A stretch of DNA of 64,000 nucleotides from assembly GCF_018350175.1 (NCBI RefSeq), contig NC_058368.1, positions 152,708,001 through 152,772,000 of the forward strand, read 5' to 3'. This DNA comes from Felis catus (Eukaryota). Below, piece after piece: positions 35,756 through 49,254 of this stretch; the stretch's first letter is position 1; every line of letters begins with the position of its first letter. The translations under genes and the position numbers were made by a program. The notes below the pieces were generated by a model that was given only the letters and a program-made list of their open reading frames with translations, was not told the DNA's origin and did no database searches.

Positions 35756-37289
35756 TATAATGATAATAGTTTTAAATAAATATTCAATCATTAAAGAATT
35801 TTACATGTTAAGTTTTTGATATGCCTTTCTGACAATCCATAATACAGTGGCAATAAATATTAGTTATTCTCACCACCCAATAAGGTTAAGAACTGAGGGT
35901 TAGAGGACCTGAAAAAAATAACCTAACTTGAATTAAATAAGACAGGATCAAATACCTGGTTCAAGGCTTGGCAGTTACCAACACTAAATAAATATGAGTT
36001 TTACTTTTTTTTCTTCTAAGATACAGTGGGAAGAACTGAAATTTGAATCTGTCTTGTGACTTCTAACCTTTGTCTTTCCCCCTGTATTTTTAATATCACC
36101 ATCTCTATTTTTAAAAAGACAGGTGGCTTCCATCAGACCGTGAGAACCATTAGGGTACTATGTAAAATCAGCTTCCCTTTAATTCCTTTTATGACTCAGC
36201 ACCTGCCTATGGCTCTAGCTTCTTGGTCAGTATGTTGGTCAGACTCCTCTTTGATCAGTATGTTTCAGTCACACTTGCCTGTTTCAATTACAGTCTCTGG
36301 GCATCAGGGCTTTGTAGCCTCTCTATTTGGAACACTCCCATTCTAGATCTTCAGAATCAGTCATTCAAATCTCAGTTTTAAGACCTTTTCTCAGTGAAGA
36401 CTTTCTTATTTAAAGTAGACCCCCCTTCCTTCTCCCAACCAGTTTTTCTCCATCCCTTCATCTAGTTTTAATTTTTCTATAATATTTATTACACTCTTAA
36501 GTTCCCTTTGTTATTTATAAGTTCATATATTTATTGGCTAGCCCTTTCCACCATACGGATGAAAGAACCCTGAGTGTAATAACGTCTTATTGTTCATTAT
36601 TGTATCTCCCAACACCTAGAATGGAATATAGTAGGTACTTAATATGTCTTTGTTGAATTTATGAATGTATTCTAATAATTAAGACCTAAAAAGGCATATA
36701 CTTCAAACAACAAACACACTTAGGTTCAGTTAGCTGCATAAACAACCAAACTGGAAAAAAAATAGATAAATGTTAAAAAGCTGCCCCAAGTGAGGAATAG
36801 TTTTTGATTGTTTTTCTGGCTTTGTGGGCTATGATAGTGAGTTTTCAATGCTGGAGTATTCAATGCTGGCTTGTCTTACAAGTCCCACTGATAGATTGCA
36901 TTGGTGTGGGTTTACCCCCACTTAGTTATATAGCTTTGCCTGTTCATAGAAATCTCAGAATTTGAACAGGACCAGTCAAGTCTTTAATTGGAGAAGAGGG
37001 AACTTCGCAATGTAGGCCGCAACACCTATACTATTAGAACTTCTGGAAAGAAAAAGAAAACATTCTCCAAGCCCAAAGGAGAGAGAAATAGAATATATCT
37101 ACATTGGAAAGAGTAAAATTTAGACAGTAAAGGGAAGTGTTGAGTCTAAAAGAACATTGCAATCTCAGGAATATTATAGAATTTGCGTTTCTGAAATTAT
37201 TAAGACTGTAAGTATAGAATTCTTTCATCTTTTCATCTTTTTTTCATCTTTTCATATTTCTCCTAAGGAGTAATATGAAGTATTTTTAA

Positions 37290-37902
37290 CATCATCAGTA
37301 ATACTAATTGATTGCTTGCTGAAGTTGTAATTCAAAGTGCAGGTAGATCAACGGGTTCTAATGTATTAGAGTACGATTTTACATTTGCAGCTCAACTCTA
37401 AGAAACTACCACTTGTCAAATTGGTATAATGTGGAGGAGGAAAATCCATAACTCTCTGCCAAGACTGTTTAAATCCTCCTCCTTTCCCAGTTACATATCT
37501 GTGTGAGGATGGATATTTTCATATATTTCAACCAAAATAACAAGTAGCAACAGAGAAATTGATTGCAAAAGGAGATATGAGAGTCTAGCTGTCTTCCATT
37601 AAGCTAGACATTAAAAGAGATTTACAAAAATTTAAACAATGCCCCTCTGTCACTAATTTCTTTTGTTTTGGAAAATACAGTTGTTTCACATAAAATATGT
37701 TGCTTATGTTAGCACGTAATGAGTTTATTATTGCTATTTTAAAATGAGTTACTATATCAATATTTAAATTCTTTTCAATTGTATTTGTAAAATGGCAAAT
37801 ATCAGCAGATTTCACTAGCATAAGCTAAAAGCTCCTTGGGGTTCTTAAAAATTTTTATGAGTGTTCAGGAATTAATGAAACAAAATTATGTGAGAACCCC
37901 TG
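37290..37902 (+). mobile_element. hAT-Charlie (Charlie1-like) DNA transposon 3' fragment
   Basis: GATATGAGAGTCTAGCTGTCTTCCATTAAGCTAGACATTAAAAGAGATTT resembles the Charlie transposase C-terminus; ends GAGAACCCCTG (TIR-like). Confidence 0.75.
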
Positions 37903-40900
37903 GTTTATTCTATGCTTGGAATTGTCTGCAGGGTTTAAATTTTATGGCTATTTGCTTCATTTTTAGAAATAAAAACCACTGTCACTTCCGTAGATTCTTC
38001 TCTATTGTGTTATTGTGGTGACATTGAAAAGTTAATTTTTTTCTTATCCCTTCAAAAATGTTGAAGGCAATAGCGATCTTTAAAGACTTCTCTATGAGTT
38101 ATGTTATGCTTTTACATTTTCATAGATTCATGTGAAATAAAATAATATGAAGGTTAAAATGAAAGTATAATCACATCTTAAATAATGAAAAAATGTAGAA
38201 CATGACATAGTCTATACTTGGCATATTGAAAGAGATAATAATTATTTTGTGATTTGTTACCGCCTAGCCTGGTACGCCATCTTGTTTGTACTAAGTAGCA
38301 GGTGCTTAATAAATTGTAATTGAAAGAATGAATAAACCTGTATGTAGCGGAGAGCCCTGATGGGGCCATGCCAAGTAGTTCTCTGTATTCCAGGTGGTGT
38401 CTATACTGAACAGATGACTGAGTTTTGTTGGATCTGTAGCATAGCAACCACATTCTCATGTTTTCCACCCGTATTTTGGTATTCTGTGTATTCTTTAATG
38501 TTACTTTCTCTGCACCTTATTTTGGCACTATTTTTGTATGTCCTACAGTCTTGTATATCAGATAATTATAAAGTAATGAGATTACTTTTCATAATGACTC
38601 ATGGAACTTCCTAGTGTCATTATTTTATTTTTATAACTAATACTTGGATTAAATTTTATATTTATGAACTCATCCTAAGAATAGATATAGAGATATTTTG
38701 AGAGGATCTTTGTAAAACTGAGAATATTATTTAACTTAGACTGTGTTTCTTTTTAAGTGCCTGCCATATGTTATGTGAATAGATTCCTTTAGATATAAGT
38801 GATATTGATATAATCTGATATCATAGATCTTCACCCAAGCGTGAAACAAAATAAAAAATTAATTGGATGTGTAATTATTAGGTGTTAGCTTTAATCTTCT
38901 ACTCCAATACAGAAAGCCAAATTATGGCTCAGTGCATTATTTTTTTTCTGGGAAAATATGTTTCAAAAACTTTTCTGGTTGTTAACCTTTATAATTACTC
39001 TTCTGTAGTTCTGAAGATTGAGCACATTTCTGATTCAAAAGAGGAAATAGTAGTGGCTACTGCTGTTTATTGTGAAAAACTGAGTGATGGTGGTTTTTGA
39101 TGATTACTTCTTGATGTTATGCTTCTCGTATACTGGCCTAAACGTTTGCTCGTATCCTGATTCCAAAGTCAGTTAGTGGAATATTTTAATAGAAAAACTA
39201 TTTTAACTGTTTATTCTCCATATCTTCATTATTGTCTGGTATTAATAATTCCTTCATCTGGTTCAGTATTTCCCAGGGATTGTGCATGATGACCTTAATA
39301 AGAAATGTCTAATGCGTATTCCTGGGCACCATTCCTGCTTGAGGACTCCATTTCTGAATTAGAATCTCTGGCAGGGAGATGAGATGGGAATTAAAACCCT
39401 GAACTTAAAAAATCTTTTTAAATGGAAAATTTCATACATACATAAAAATAAGAGAAGACAGAATAATGAACCCCAGTGACCCACCACCTAAGCGTCAACA
39501 TTTATCAGACTTTGGCCAATTTCATCTCCTTGTTTTGGGCTGAAGTCATTTTTAAAGCAAATCTCAGACATTGTGTCATTTCTCTGTAAATTCATAAGTA
39601 TGAAAAATGGATTTTTACCAAGCATCCGAGGTGATTTTTTTATGGACCTTTGACATTTGAAGCTTCTTCCGTAATTGGAGATTTATAGTTTACTTTATTG
39701 AATAAATTGTTAATATGGATAGCCTTTTTCTCTAAAAAAAAAAAAAAACTGAAAATAGTAGCTGATAGATTTTGATTAGGGCTTTACCAAATGAAAGCAT
39801 GGTTAAATAGCTTTTCACTGTGTGATTCCTACAAGTAAAAAGCTCCTTTCTTAGTTCTGGGTGCTGCCTGGTAATGCTCATTGACTTAGTAAGTAAGTAG
39901 TTGTAAGGAAATATGTCAGAGTCCCGAGTGCATCTTTGGATCTATTTCATTTTTGTCTCCTGCTAAAAAGGGAAAATTTGAATATTCATATGTTGGGATT
40001 GATGGCTTATTAATATAGCTCATTCAAAGTGTTCATTCTGGTTAAAATTTGGGGCAAATGTGTTCCCATTGTGATAGGAATCAAAATGTGTAGGGATTTA
40101 CTTTTTTCAATACGTAAGCATATATATTTCTTGATAAAATGGGAATGTAGCATTTTTTTTTGGAATTGTGTATGTATCTGTATGTTTGTTAAGGATAAAA
40201 AATATAAAAATTTTTTAGTACTTAATATATTCCTGTAGGTACCTTCTAAGACATTTGTTTAATCACCCAGATCCATTAGACATTATGATATTCATTTTCA
40301 GAAGAAATCACTGAGACTGAGATGTTTGATAAATGGTAGCATGAAGAGGCTTAGGAATGTTTGACCTTAAAGCCATATACTCTTTTCATCACACATTTAT
40401 GTACCAGTGGCTGTGATGAAAATGCTGATGTAAATGTTTAGGTGGCAGGTGGGAATTAAATTAGATGTGTATTGGGCACTTGGGTGTCTCTTCTGTTTCC
40501 CCTTCTCTCCAGCCTCAGGATTGGAGCGCCCTACCTTCAGAGCAGTCAGTTTTTCCATCATGTGGTAGATGGGCTCCTAAAAATCACTGCAGTATGCCAA
40601 ACTGGATGAGGAAAACACAGAACTTAAGGAAATGATGGGTTAGGAGAACACTACTCAAAAACTTGGTCAGTGGCATGTAAAAAGAAAGATAGGGAATCGA
40701 TAAAAAAAGTTTCACACAATAAATGTGAAATACTCATATACTACAAGAAATATGGTGTATACCTAGGGAAAAACCCTTGTTTGCTTGAAGAAGCAAGTAG
40801 TACACAGTTGCAGGTTGTGTATTCTTGTGAAGTGAGAGGAGGGTTATCTGACATCCAAGGGAAAGTTGCCACATTAGATGCAGTTAAGTGTGGCTAGCAA

Positions 40901-41409
40901 CACACGTGTTACAGTGAGGCAGCTGATAGATGTTTCAGGGGTGTTTGTGTGTTTCCACATGACTTGTTTCAGGTCAGCGCAGTTTTCTGTGTTCACCATG
41001 TTTCTTATAGATGAAATCACATAAGCAAATGTGAAGTCCACATAACAGATTATGGATTATTCACATTATGCTCTCTGATAGGTCAGTTGCATTGGAACAG
41101 TTTTATGATTTCAAAACCAGTGTTATAGCATAACTGACCATACTTGATCCTTTTCTTTACATCTATAGTTACTTCTCTTGTCATCTCTTCCAGTCTTTAA
41201 GTAGCATTTATATAATGTTATATGTATATACCATTTGTATGTGGCCTTAAATACCATTTATATGTTGCTGCCTCCCAAATTTATAATGTCAATCCTGGCC
41301 TCTCCTCAAAATTCCAGACTCATTTTTCTAGCTGCTCACTTGACACATCTCTTGGATATGTAGACATTTCAAACTGAGCTTATTTAACAGTCAACTCTTG
41401 GACCTTTAC

Positions 41410-43085
41410 TGTAAAGCCTGTAACTAACTGTTGGAGGTGGAAAAATTAAGCCTGCTTTACACAAGCCTAACGTGTCTTGATGTATTGGTGCTTGCTGAAA
41501 GTGGGCTACCACCACTCTGTTGCTCCATTCGGGAGTGGCTCTGAAGGATGAGGACAGAGCAGTAAACAGCCAGCCCACTTAGCTAGTCATTTTATGTGGA
41601 GGGAGAAATGGTCTGAAGGTGTGAAGTACATGTTTGAGCAGTGCTAATGACATAGTGGTCTGGCAGGGACTTAAATTCATCAAGACTAGAGACAAGAAAA
41701 TTTGGGGAAGAGTCATGTTAATAGATAAAAGGATATGGGCACTAAGTGTAAGGGGACATTTCCCAAAACACTCTCAACAACTGGGAAATTAGGATGAGGC
41801 ATCCACTGGATGTCAACTAGACTCTTCACTGCCAGCACAGTGCCATTAACAGAGTGATGGCAGGAATCGAGGCTATGCATGTGCCTGGCAACATGAGCTC
41901 TCTCTTATTTTTTTTTAAGTTTATTTATTTATTTTGAGAGAGAGAGACGGACAATCCCAAGCAGGCTTCATTCTGTCAGTTCAGAGCCTGGTGTGGGGCC
42001 CGATCCCACCAACCAGGACTCGATCCAATGAACCAGGACCCAATCCCACGAACCATGAGATCATGACTTGAGCTGAAATCAAGAGTAGATGCTTAACCAA
42101 CTGAGCCACCCCATTATGAGCTCCCTCTTAACAAGATGGATCTAGAAACTCTTGCTGCTGAATGCCCAAATAGCAAGCAGCAAAGACCAAAGGTAGTTGC
42201 TTTCCAATAAGCTCTTTAGTGGTAGCTTGATCCCAATCTGGCTGTTTTACTCCAGAGTGAGTAATTACTGGAATTAATACTTACCTTAGCTAATGAGTTG
42301 TAGTTGTTGTTGTTATTATCATTATATTGGAATTAATGTTGGAGTTATATTATTATTATATTGGAATTATTATTGGAATTAATACTTACCTAATGAGTTT
42401 ATGTTCTTAGTAGATCTACCAGACCATCATCTGAAGGCTGAAAAAATGCCTGCTGTGTCCACTGGGAAGCCTGCCTCAGAGGAACTTGTTTTATGTGAAG
42501 GAGGTGTAACAGTGGGCACACAGTCCTAGGATTCCCTGCCCTTACTATAAACCACATCACCTGAATCAGCTGGCTTACTACAATAATGGGATGGCCTGAT
42601 AAAGACTCAGCTAAGGTGCCATCTCAAGGACCACATTTTGTAGGGTGGGGGTGATCTAGTATGTATCCAGTGGCTGATAACTGGTCAGTGTCCACAGTAC
42701 CTAGGCTACATGGGCTCAGGAGACAAGAGGTAGAAAGTAAGAGTGGCCCTGTCTCCATCACTCCCAGTCACCAATTGCTAGAATTTGTGTTTCTCATTCT
42801 CATGCTTTACATTCTGCTAGATTATAAGTTCTGGCTCTGTCTGGGTGAGGGGCTGTCCACCAGGAGTCACACTGGAGGCTCTGCTGAACAATCACCTGTA
42901 GTTTTGGGCTTCTCATTCCAGGCGGCCTGCAGGCAAATAAAAGAATTATAGTATTGTCCCAGAAATGCTTAGTCTTGTTTGCTATGAGGCACTAGGGTTG
43001 CTGTTACCCTTTGAAGTAGAGGTATTGATGGTTGGTGAAACTCAGGATTTCTTGGTGCTTCCATGCTCAGTGATAACTATGTTGA
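41410..43085 (+). mobile_element. ERVL/MaLR internal (pol RNase H-integrase) relic, interrupted by a SINE
   Basis: Degenerate reading HSGVALKD..HFMWREKWSE..KIWGR typical of ERVL pol; multiple frameshifts. Confidence 0.7.
41908..42112 (-). mobile_element. CanSINE with internal triplication
   Basis: TSD atgagctc(t/c)ctctta; inserted in ERVL relic. Confidence 0.88.
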
Positions 43086-44105
43086 CTATTGCCTTTTTGT
43101 GAATACATTTTACATCTTTTCTTTCCAGCCCCAGTGTTGGCATCAAAATGACTCTATCTTATGCTGACAGAGGTGATCATGATTGACATGAAAAAGAGTG
43201 ACATCATCTAAATTAGAACTTGTATTTTGAGTTCTATTACTTTAGTTTTAGTTCTTTTTTCTATGAATTGTATATATGCTTGCTAGCATAAAAATAAAAT
43301 TCAATTAAAAGACTGAGAATTTAAGAGCATCAAGACTTTATTCTAAAAGATCTAACTTCATGTAATTTTTAAACATTTATCTTAAGTGTTTAGATAAAAA
43401 TATTTTCCATGTGAAAAATACATACAGACATGTGTATACATGTATATATGTATACATATGTATACATATGTATATATGACTATCAAAAAATATTGAGCAT
43501 AATAGAAAATGCCCTCCTTGACCTGAAATTTGTCTCCCCACCAGACGTTTCTCAAGGCTCTTGCCACTTGTTACTTTGTGCTCTCCTCAGAATGATTTCA
43601 TAAAATCCACTTTATTACTTTTTATGTCCATGCCTAGAATGTTCTCCCTCATGTCATTTTCTACCCTCTACCCCACACTTCTATTCCCCATTTGGTTTGT
43701 CCGTGTTCAACTTCTAAAACTTTGAGTTTGTCTTCCTTTTTAGATTTATCCGAGATGTCGGATAAATTTTTTTTAATAGATATTTTGTACCATAGCATGC
43801 AGAAAAGTGGCTGGCATATATGAAGTATCAATGAATTAATTACATGTACAGTTAACTGATTATAATTATTGTTGTAATTTTCGTATTTTGCATTTTTGTG
43901 TTTTTATAAAATCTCTAAAAGTGTGAGACAAAAATGCATGGTTTTGAGTATTTCTTAGCAGTCATAACTATGGAGGAATGGAGAAGCTTCCTCAGAGTGT
44001 TAGACAGTTACAGAATTAAGTTTATGGTAATTACATGAAAGCATTATAATTTTATCACTGACTTAAATCGGTATGTTTTTATAAATAATTTATGCTCAAT
44101 TTCAG

Positions 44106-44282
44106 ATTGCAGAGGAGGGATCCACCATTTCATGTGTGGTGGAACGAACCAGAGGAGCTCTGGATTATGTGCATGTTTTTTATACCATCTCACAGATCGA
44201 ATCTGAAGGCATTAATTACCTTGTTGATGATTTTGCTAATGCCAGTGGAACTATCACGTTCCTTCCTTGGCAGAGATCTGAG
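44106..44282 (+). CDS. ADGRV1: ADGRV1 coding exon (~exon 22), 177 nt, phase 0-0
   Basis: tttcag|ATT..GAG|gtaaac; IAEEGSTISCVVERTRGALDYVHVFY..SGTITFLPWQRSE (different frame from track ORF 44092). Confidence 0.95.
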
Positions 44283-44552
44283 GTAAACCCTACCTTGTTT
44301 CCTTGAAAGTCTCCTGGAAAGCTTTTCCTGTTTGTTCTGTAATTTATTTGCAACTTCTTGCTGTTTAAGCGATGTAAAGTATTCAAGTAATTAGGTAAAT
44401 ATCATCGTCTAAGATTTTTTTTATTTATTTATGCAAAATAAAAACTAAAGGTTTTGAATGATTATAGTATTAATATAGTTTTATAGTTTTATATCTTCTT
44501 TAATTCCTGTATAATAAAAATGGTATAACTTGAAGGTTTGTCATTGTGGGTT

Positions 44553-44578
44553 TTGTTGTTGTTGTTGTTGTTGTTGTT
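44553..44578. repeat. (TTG)n microsatellite
   Basis: Read directly. Confidence 0.9.
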
Positions 44579-44849
44579 ACTACTGATACAATGGGAAACT
44601 GCAGAGATCTTAATGGTACTCTTCTAATCAGCCAATGAGGAATTCTTATAACTATAATCTCACTTTGTTTTTAAACATGGAAAAAATGAGGTAGTTTTTC
44701 TTTGTTTTGAAAGTACAAGTGATCTCAAGTTTTATCAAAACTTTCCATGAACTATCGTCTCATTTCTGAATAGGTGCTCCAGAAATAAATGGCACTTCTT
44801 GTAAGTGACATCAAGGTGAGACTGTGTCCTCTACCAGAATTAAAAAAAA

Positions 44850-45058
44850 TTTTTTTAATGTTTATGTATTTTTGAGAGAGAGAGGTAGAGCACAAGCGGG
44901 TGAGGGGCAGAGAGAGAAGGAGACACAGAATCTGAAACAGGCTCCAGGCTCTGAGCTGTCAGCACAGAGCCCGATGCTGGGCTCGAACTCACGAGCTGTG
45001 AGATCATGACCTGAGCCGAAGTTGGATGCCCAACTGACTGAGCCACCAAGGCACCCCC
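44850..45058 (-). mobile_element. CanSINE
   Basis: TSD ctcta(c/t)cagaatt. Confidence 0.92.
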
Positions 45059-46058
45059 TCTATCAGAATTTTTTAAAACATTCTTCTAGTCTACCATATT
45101 AGAATATTCTCATCAGTATAATTTTTCATTAAAAATGTAGGTAGTTTATATGTCATTAGTGACACATAGTAAAATAACTTAAGGCTTGCAAATATAATCT
45201 TTGAGGAAATATCTAAGGGATTTAGGAGTTAATTGGTTGGAAAAGATAAAATTGAGGGAAGACTTAAAATATGCTTAAGATTTAAAGAGTTAACACTAAA
45301 GAATGATCAAATCTCTATAATTTGGGGAAGAAGGAGATTAAATAGTTTATAACAAAAATTCTCCAATAACAGGCTGCAGATAGATCCATGGTAAATATTT
45401 TGCTGATTTTTTGGTAAAGTGAGGAAAATTATGAAAACTAAGCAAGTTTTCATAAGGCTAACAATGCTATTTAAAGAACTGTATTTTAATCTGATGAAGT
45501 AGTCTTCTTCACTACTTTTCTGGATTTAAAGTACTCTTTTTTTTTTTTTACTCAAGTAATAATGGTGGCATTATAGTAGTCACTTTTTTATGTTTCTACT
45601 TGGAAAACAGAGTTGATCCCCCAGATTTTCCTTGGGAAATTTACCAACTATGAAGTGAAAATATAACCAGAAACCATTGTTTTATAAACACATTTTGGAA
45701 GAGATAAGAGTCAATCAGATTTTGGGAAATAAGCTCTTGCGAAGTTATATTTAAAATATTTTCTTCTATAATTTTTAGTTTCTTTAAGCAATAAGTGATC
45801 TTTATTGCAAAATAGTAACATTGACTAGTGGGGTTGGTTTATAATACCATGTCTGCTAGATCTACACCAACCACTTAGTCTTACAAAGCCAGTGATAGGT
45901 AACTGTGATGTCACTAATGCTCTATAATTGTGCTTTCTAGTACAAACAGTAGTAAGGTAGCCTCAACTTTGCTGCTGCCTTCCAACTATCTTGGGAGTCA
46001 GCTAACTAAATATACACATCTAATCACATCTAAAAACCTAGCTGCGAGGGAGTTAGGA

Positions 46059-46060
<2 letters not shown>

Positions 46061-46110
<50 letters not shown>
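46061..46110. repeat. (GT)25 microsatellite
   Basis: Perfect 50-bp tract. Confidence 0.97.
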
Positions 46111-46112
<2 letters not shown>

Positions 46113-46227
46113 TTCCCTAAAGTACAGGAAAGTATACTGGAAATGTGTTTTTCAGTATTTTTTTTAAATGGGCTGTTAGTTGTGAAATAAATTAAACAAC
46201 TTATGATGAAGAGTTTAAAAATAGAAT

Positions 46228-46426
46228 GGGGATGCCTGGGTGACTCAGTCGGTTGACGGACTTCAGCTCAGGTCATGATCTCATGGTTTGTGAGTTTGAG
46301 CCTTGCATCAGGCTTGCTCCTGTCAGTGCGGAGCCCGTTTCGGATCTTCTTTCCCCACTCTCTCTCTCCCCCTCCCCTGTTTTCCCTCTCTCTCAAAATA
46401 AAGAAATAATCGTTAAAAAAATAAAA
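46228..46426 (+). mobile_element. CanSINE
   Basis: TSD aaaatagaat. Confidence 0.9.
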
Positions 46427-47316
46427 ATAGAATAGAAAATAGCAGAGTGTATAACATATAGTAAATAAAGTAAACGTAAATATTATTTTTGTTTACTGTG
46501 TTACCATGTAAAAATACATTTATTTATACCTTGATAGGTCTTCAGTTTCAAACCCTTCATTTCACTAAAATGAATGACTACTTTGGTGTGCTTTAACCCT
46601 TTAAAAATATTTGCTGCTTAATTTTGCATGTACATCGTGATGTTTTGGTGTTACTTTTTATAGCAACATTTGTTAGCTTGCTTTGTAGGGGCAAGATGTC
46701 TGAAATCTTCAGACTGCATATTGTTACTTTTAGTTTAGGAACAATGACATGATTTAGGTAGTAGGTATCATTTTTGCCCTTCCCCTTGAGTATTTTGGAT
46801 GTGCCATATGTTAATTTCTTATTTAAAATTTTGATTAAAATGAGCATTAAAACCAAATTCAGACCTACTAAATCAAACTCTTAAGAAAAACTACATTAAA
46901 AAAAAGTCCTCCAAATGGTTTTAGCCCAAAGATTAGTACTTTGGAGATTGCATTTGGAGTGAGAGTGCATTGTCAGAATGTTGTCACCCTTCTTTCTGGG
47001 AGAAACCAGGAAGGCCTCTTCATTTCTTTCTGTTCTCCACTTGCTATGCTAAGTGAGTCATCAGGGTCTGGGTCTTCTATCTCTAGAACAAATCTCAAAT
47101 CCATCTGTTTTTCTTCATCTCCACTGTCACTGCATTATTCAGAATCTCATTCTTTCTCGTCATTCACCTCCTGTCTCAGCCCCTAGCATCCTTTCTTGCC
47201 CTGTCCACTCTGTTTACACTCTGCCCTGGTACTGAGTCTAAAACAAAATTCTCATTTTGTCCGTTTCCTGCTTATGATTCTTCCGTTCTCTCCACTGCCT
47301 GTGGAATGAAGTCCAA

Positions 47317-47671
47317 TTTTTTTTTGGTATTTGAAAATTTATTACTGTCATGTTTTCACCATCAAAACTTATGATCTTGGTCTTTCTTTCTTCTCTGTGT
47401 AAGGCCAATAGAGAGACACTGGCTACTTCACCAATCTTAAAACAAACTCCAGGAATGTTACCAACAGCATGACCTTTGTGACCAAATCCAACAACCAGAA
47501 CTTCATCATTTTCCTGGAACAGAATCAACAGTTTACTTCTGGTGTCAGCAGCTGTCACTAAAAATACCCGTTCATTACATAAAAAACTGGGAGAAACTAT
47601 GTTAACAGAAACTACAATAGACTAAAACTCTTACCTCAATAAAATTCAACCATCTTTGGATACAAAGGCTG

Positions 47672-47709
<38 letters not shown>

Positions 47710-47912
47710 CGTGCTTGATCAGCTACACCCTGACACACTTCCTGATGGCAGAATTTGGCTGTTTGGCTCCGACCCCTTTTTTCCAGCATAACTCCCTTTG
47801 CATGGGTCGTGTCTTCAAAAGTATTGGCCTTCAGGGCTGTGCCCAACTGGGCTTTCTTGTACTGATTATGGTACTTCCATCTTGCCCATCCTGCTGGTGC
47901 TGTGGACCTGAG
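47317..47912 (-). pseudogene. RPS23: RPS23 (uS12) retropseudogene, semi-processed
   Basis: Minus strand: 5'UTR + ATGGGCAAG (47889), [54 protein letters not shown] 47371-47369, AATAAA 47343-47338, A9 tail; frameshifts and an internal deletion. Confidence 0.94.
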
Positions 47913-48174
47913 AGTCAAAATTTTTTTTAGTGTTAGCATAAAAGGTCCCTTTGAACTGAGCTAATTATCTGTCTAGCCTTATCTCCCACACCAATGATGG
48001 TGGTCTAATTTCAGTTTCCCTGTATGCCTTATTCTTTCACACTGGGTTCCTCTACAAGTGCTGTTTCTTTTACTCAGAATGTCCTTCCCATTATTATTTA
48101 CAACCACAACTAACACATTAAGACACTTAAAACGTGTCTGTTGTAAAATCGTTAGTAGGTAAAGTTGGTTGTTC

Positions 48175-48405
48175 TTTTTTTTTTTTTAATTTTTTTTTCA
48201 ACGTTTTTATTTATTTTTGGAACAGAGAGAGACAGAGCATGAACGGGGGAGGGGCAGAGAGAGAGAGGGAGACACAGAATCGGAAACAGGCTCCAGGCTC
48301 TGAGCCATCAGCCCAGAGCCTGACACGGGGCTCGAACTCCCGGACCGCGAGATCGTGACCTGGCTGAAGTCGGACGCTTAACCGACTGCGCCACCCAGGC
48401 GCCCC
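48175..48405 (-). mobile_element. Young felid CanSINE (SINEC_Fc-like)
   Basis: Near reverse complement of 2878-3110; TSD tggttgttcttttt. Confidence 0.95.
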
Positions 48406-49061
48406 TGGTTGTTCTTTTTATGTGTACTTTCTGCATAACCCTATTATGACATTTTACATTGCATTTGATCAATTAATATCTTGTTACATTTTTAATATAT
48501 GGAATATATTAATTAAATACTATAATAACTATATTTAATGATTCAAAACCAGACCAGTAACCTACTAACTAGCAGTTTACATTGTTTTAAATGTTTTCCT
48601 CATCATCTCTTTCCTACAATAGCCCGTGAGCCTCTTTGGGATTGGGGCATTTTCCAATCTTGGCACATTGTGGGTGTCACGGCATGCTTATTCAGTTAAT
48701 AAAGGGAGGGGAATTGTTTTTTCACTTCAGATTTTGACTTAAATTTTGTAGAGCTTGGCTGAGTTATTGCTACTTTTTTGGAAAGATTACTTACACCAGA
48801 TTTTCAAAGTCCATTTTGAATCTCTTTTTAAAAATGCTACTACTAAGAATGTCAGGTGTTCCTTAGGCAGGAACTAGACATGTATATGTTGTCCGTTCAA
48901 CTGCCCCCTGCGCATTCCATCAGATAACATGCAGTTCCTTATTTATGAACTTTGTACCCTGAGGTTGGTCATACCACTGTCATTGGTACAAGCAATATAT
49001 GATATTACATTGATACATTAATATGTCATGTATGGTATGATGTTAATACATCAATATGGTA

Positions 49062-49254
49062 TTTTCATTTTATTTTACTTATTTTTTATTTGAGAGAATG
49101 TGAGCAGGAAAGAGAGGCAGAAGGAGAGAGAGAATCCCAAGCAGGCTCCACACTCAGTGCAGAGCCCAACGTGGGGCATGATCCTCTGACCCTGGGGTCA
49201 CAACCTGAGCTGAAATCAAGAGTCGGTTACTCAACTGAGCCACCCAGGTGCCCC
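49062..49254 (-). mobile_element. CanSINE
   Basis: TSD tcaatatg(g/a)tatttt. Confidence 0.9.

Noticed and set aside
44092..44286. Track ORF MLNFRLQRRDPP..
   Set aside because: Wrong frame; the real exon reads IAEEGSTISC..
47514..47634. snoRNA in the retained RPS23 intron
   Set aside because: No convincing terminal C/D box pair or H/ACA architecture visible in 121 nt
47238..47939. Possible functional RPS23 retrogene
   Set aside because: N-terminal deletion, frameshifts and a homopolymer expansion break the frame
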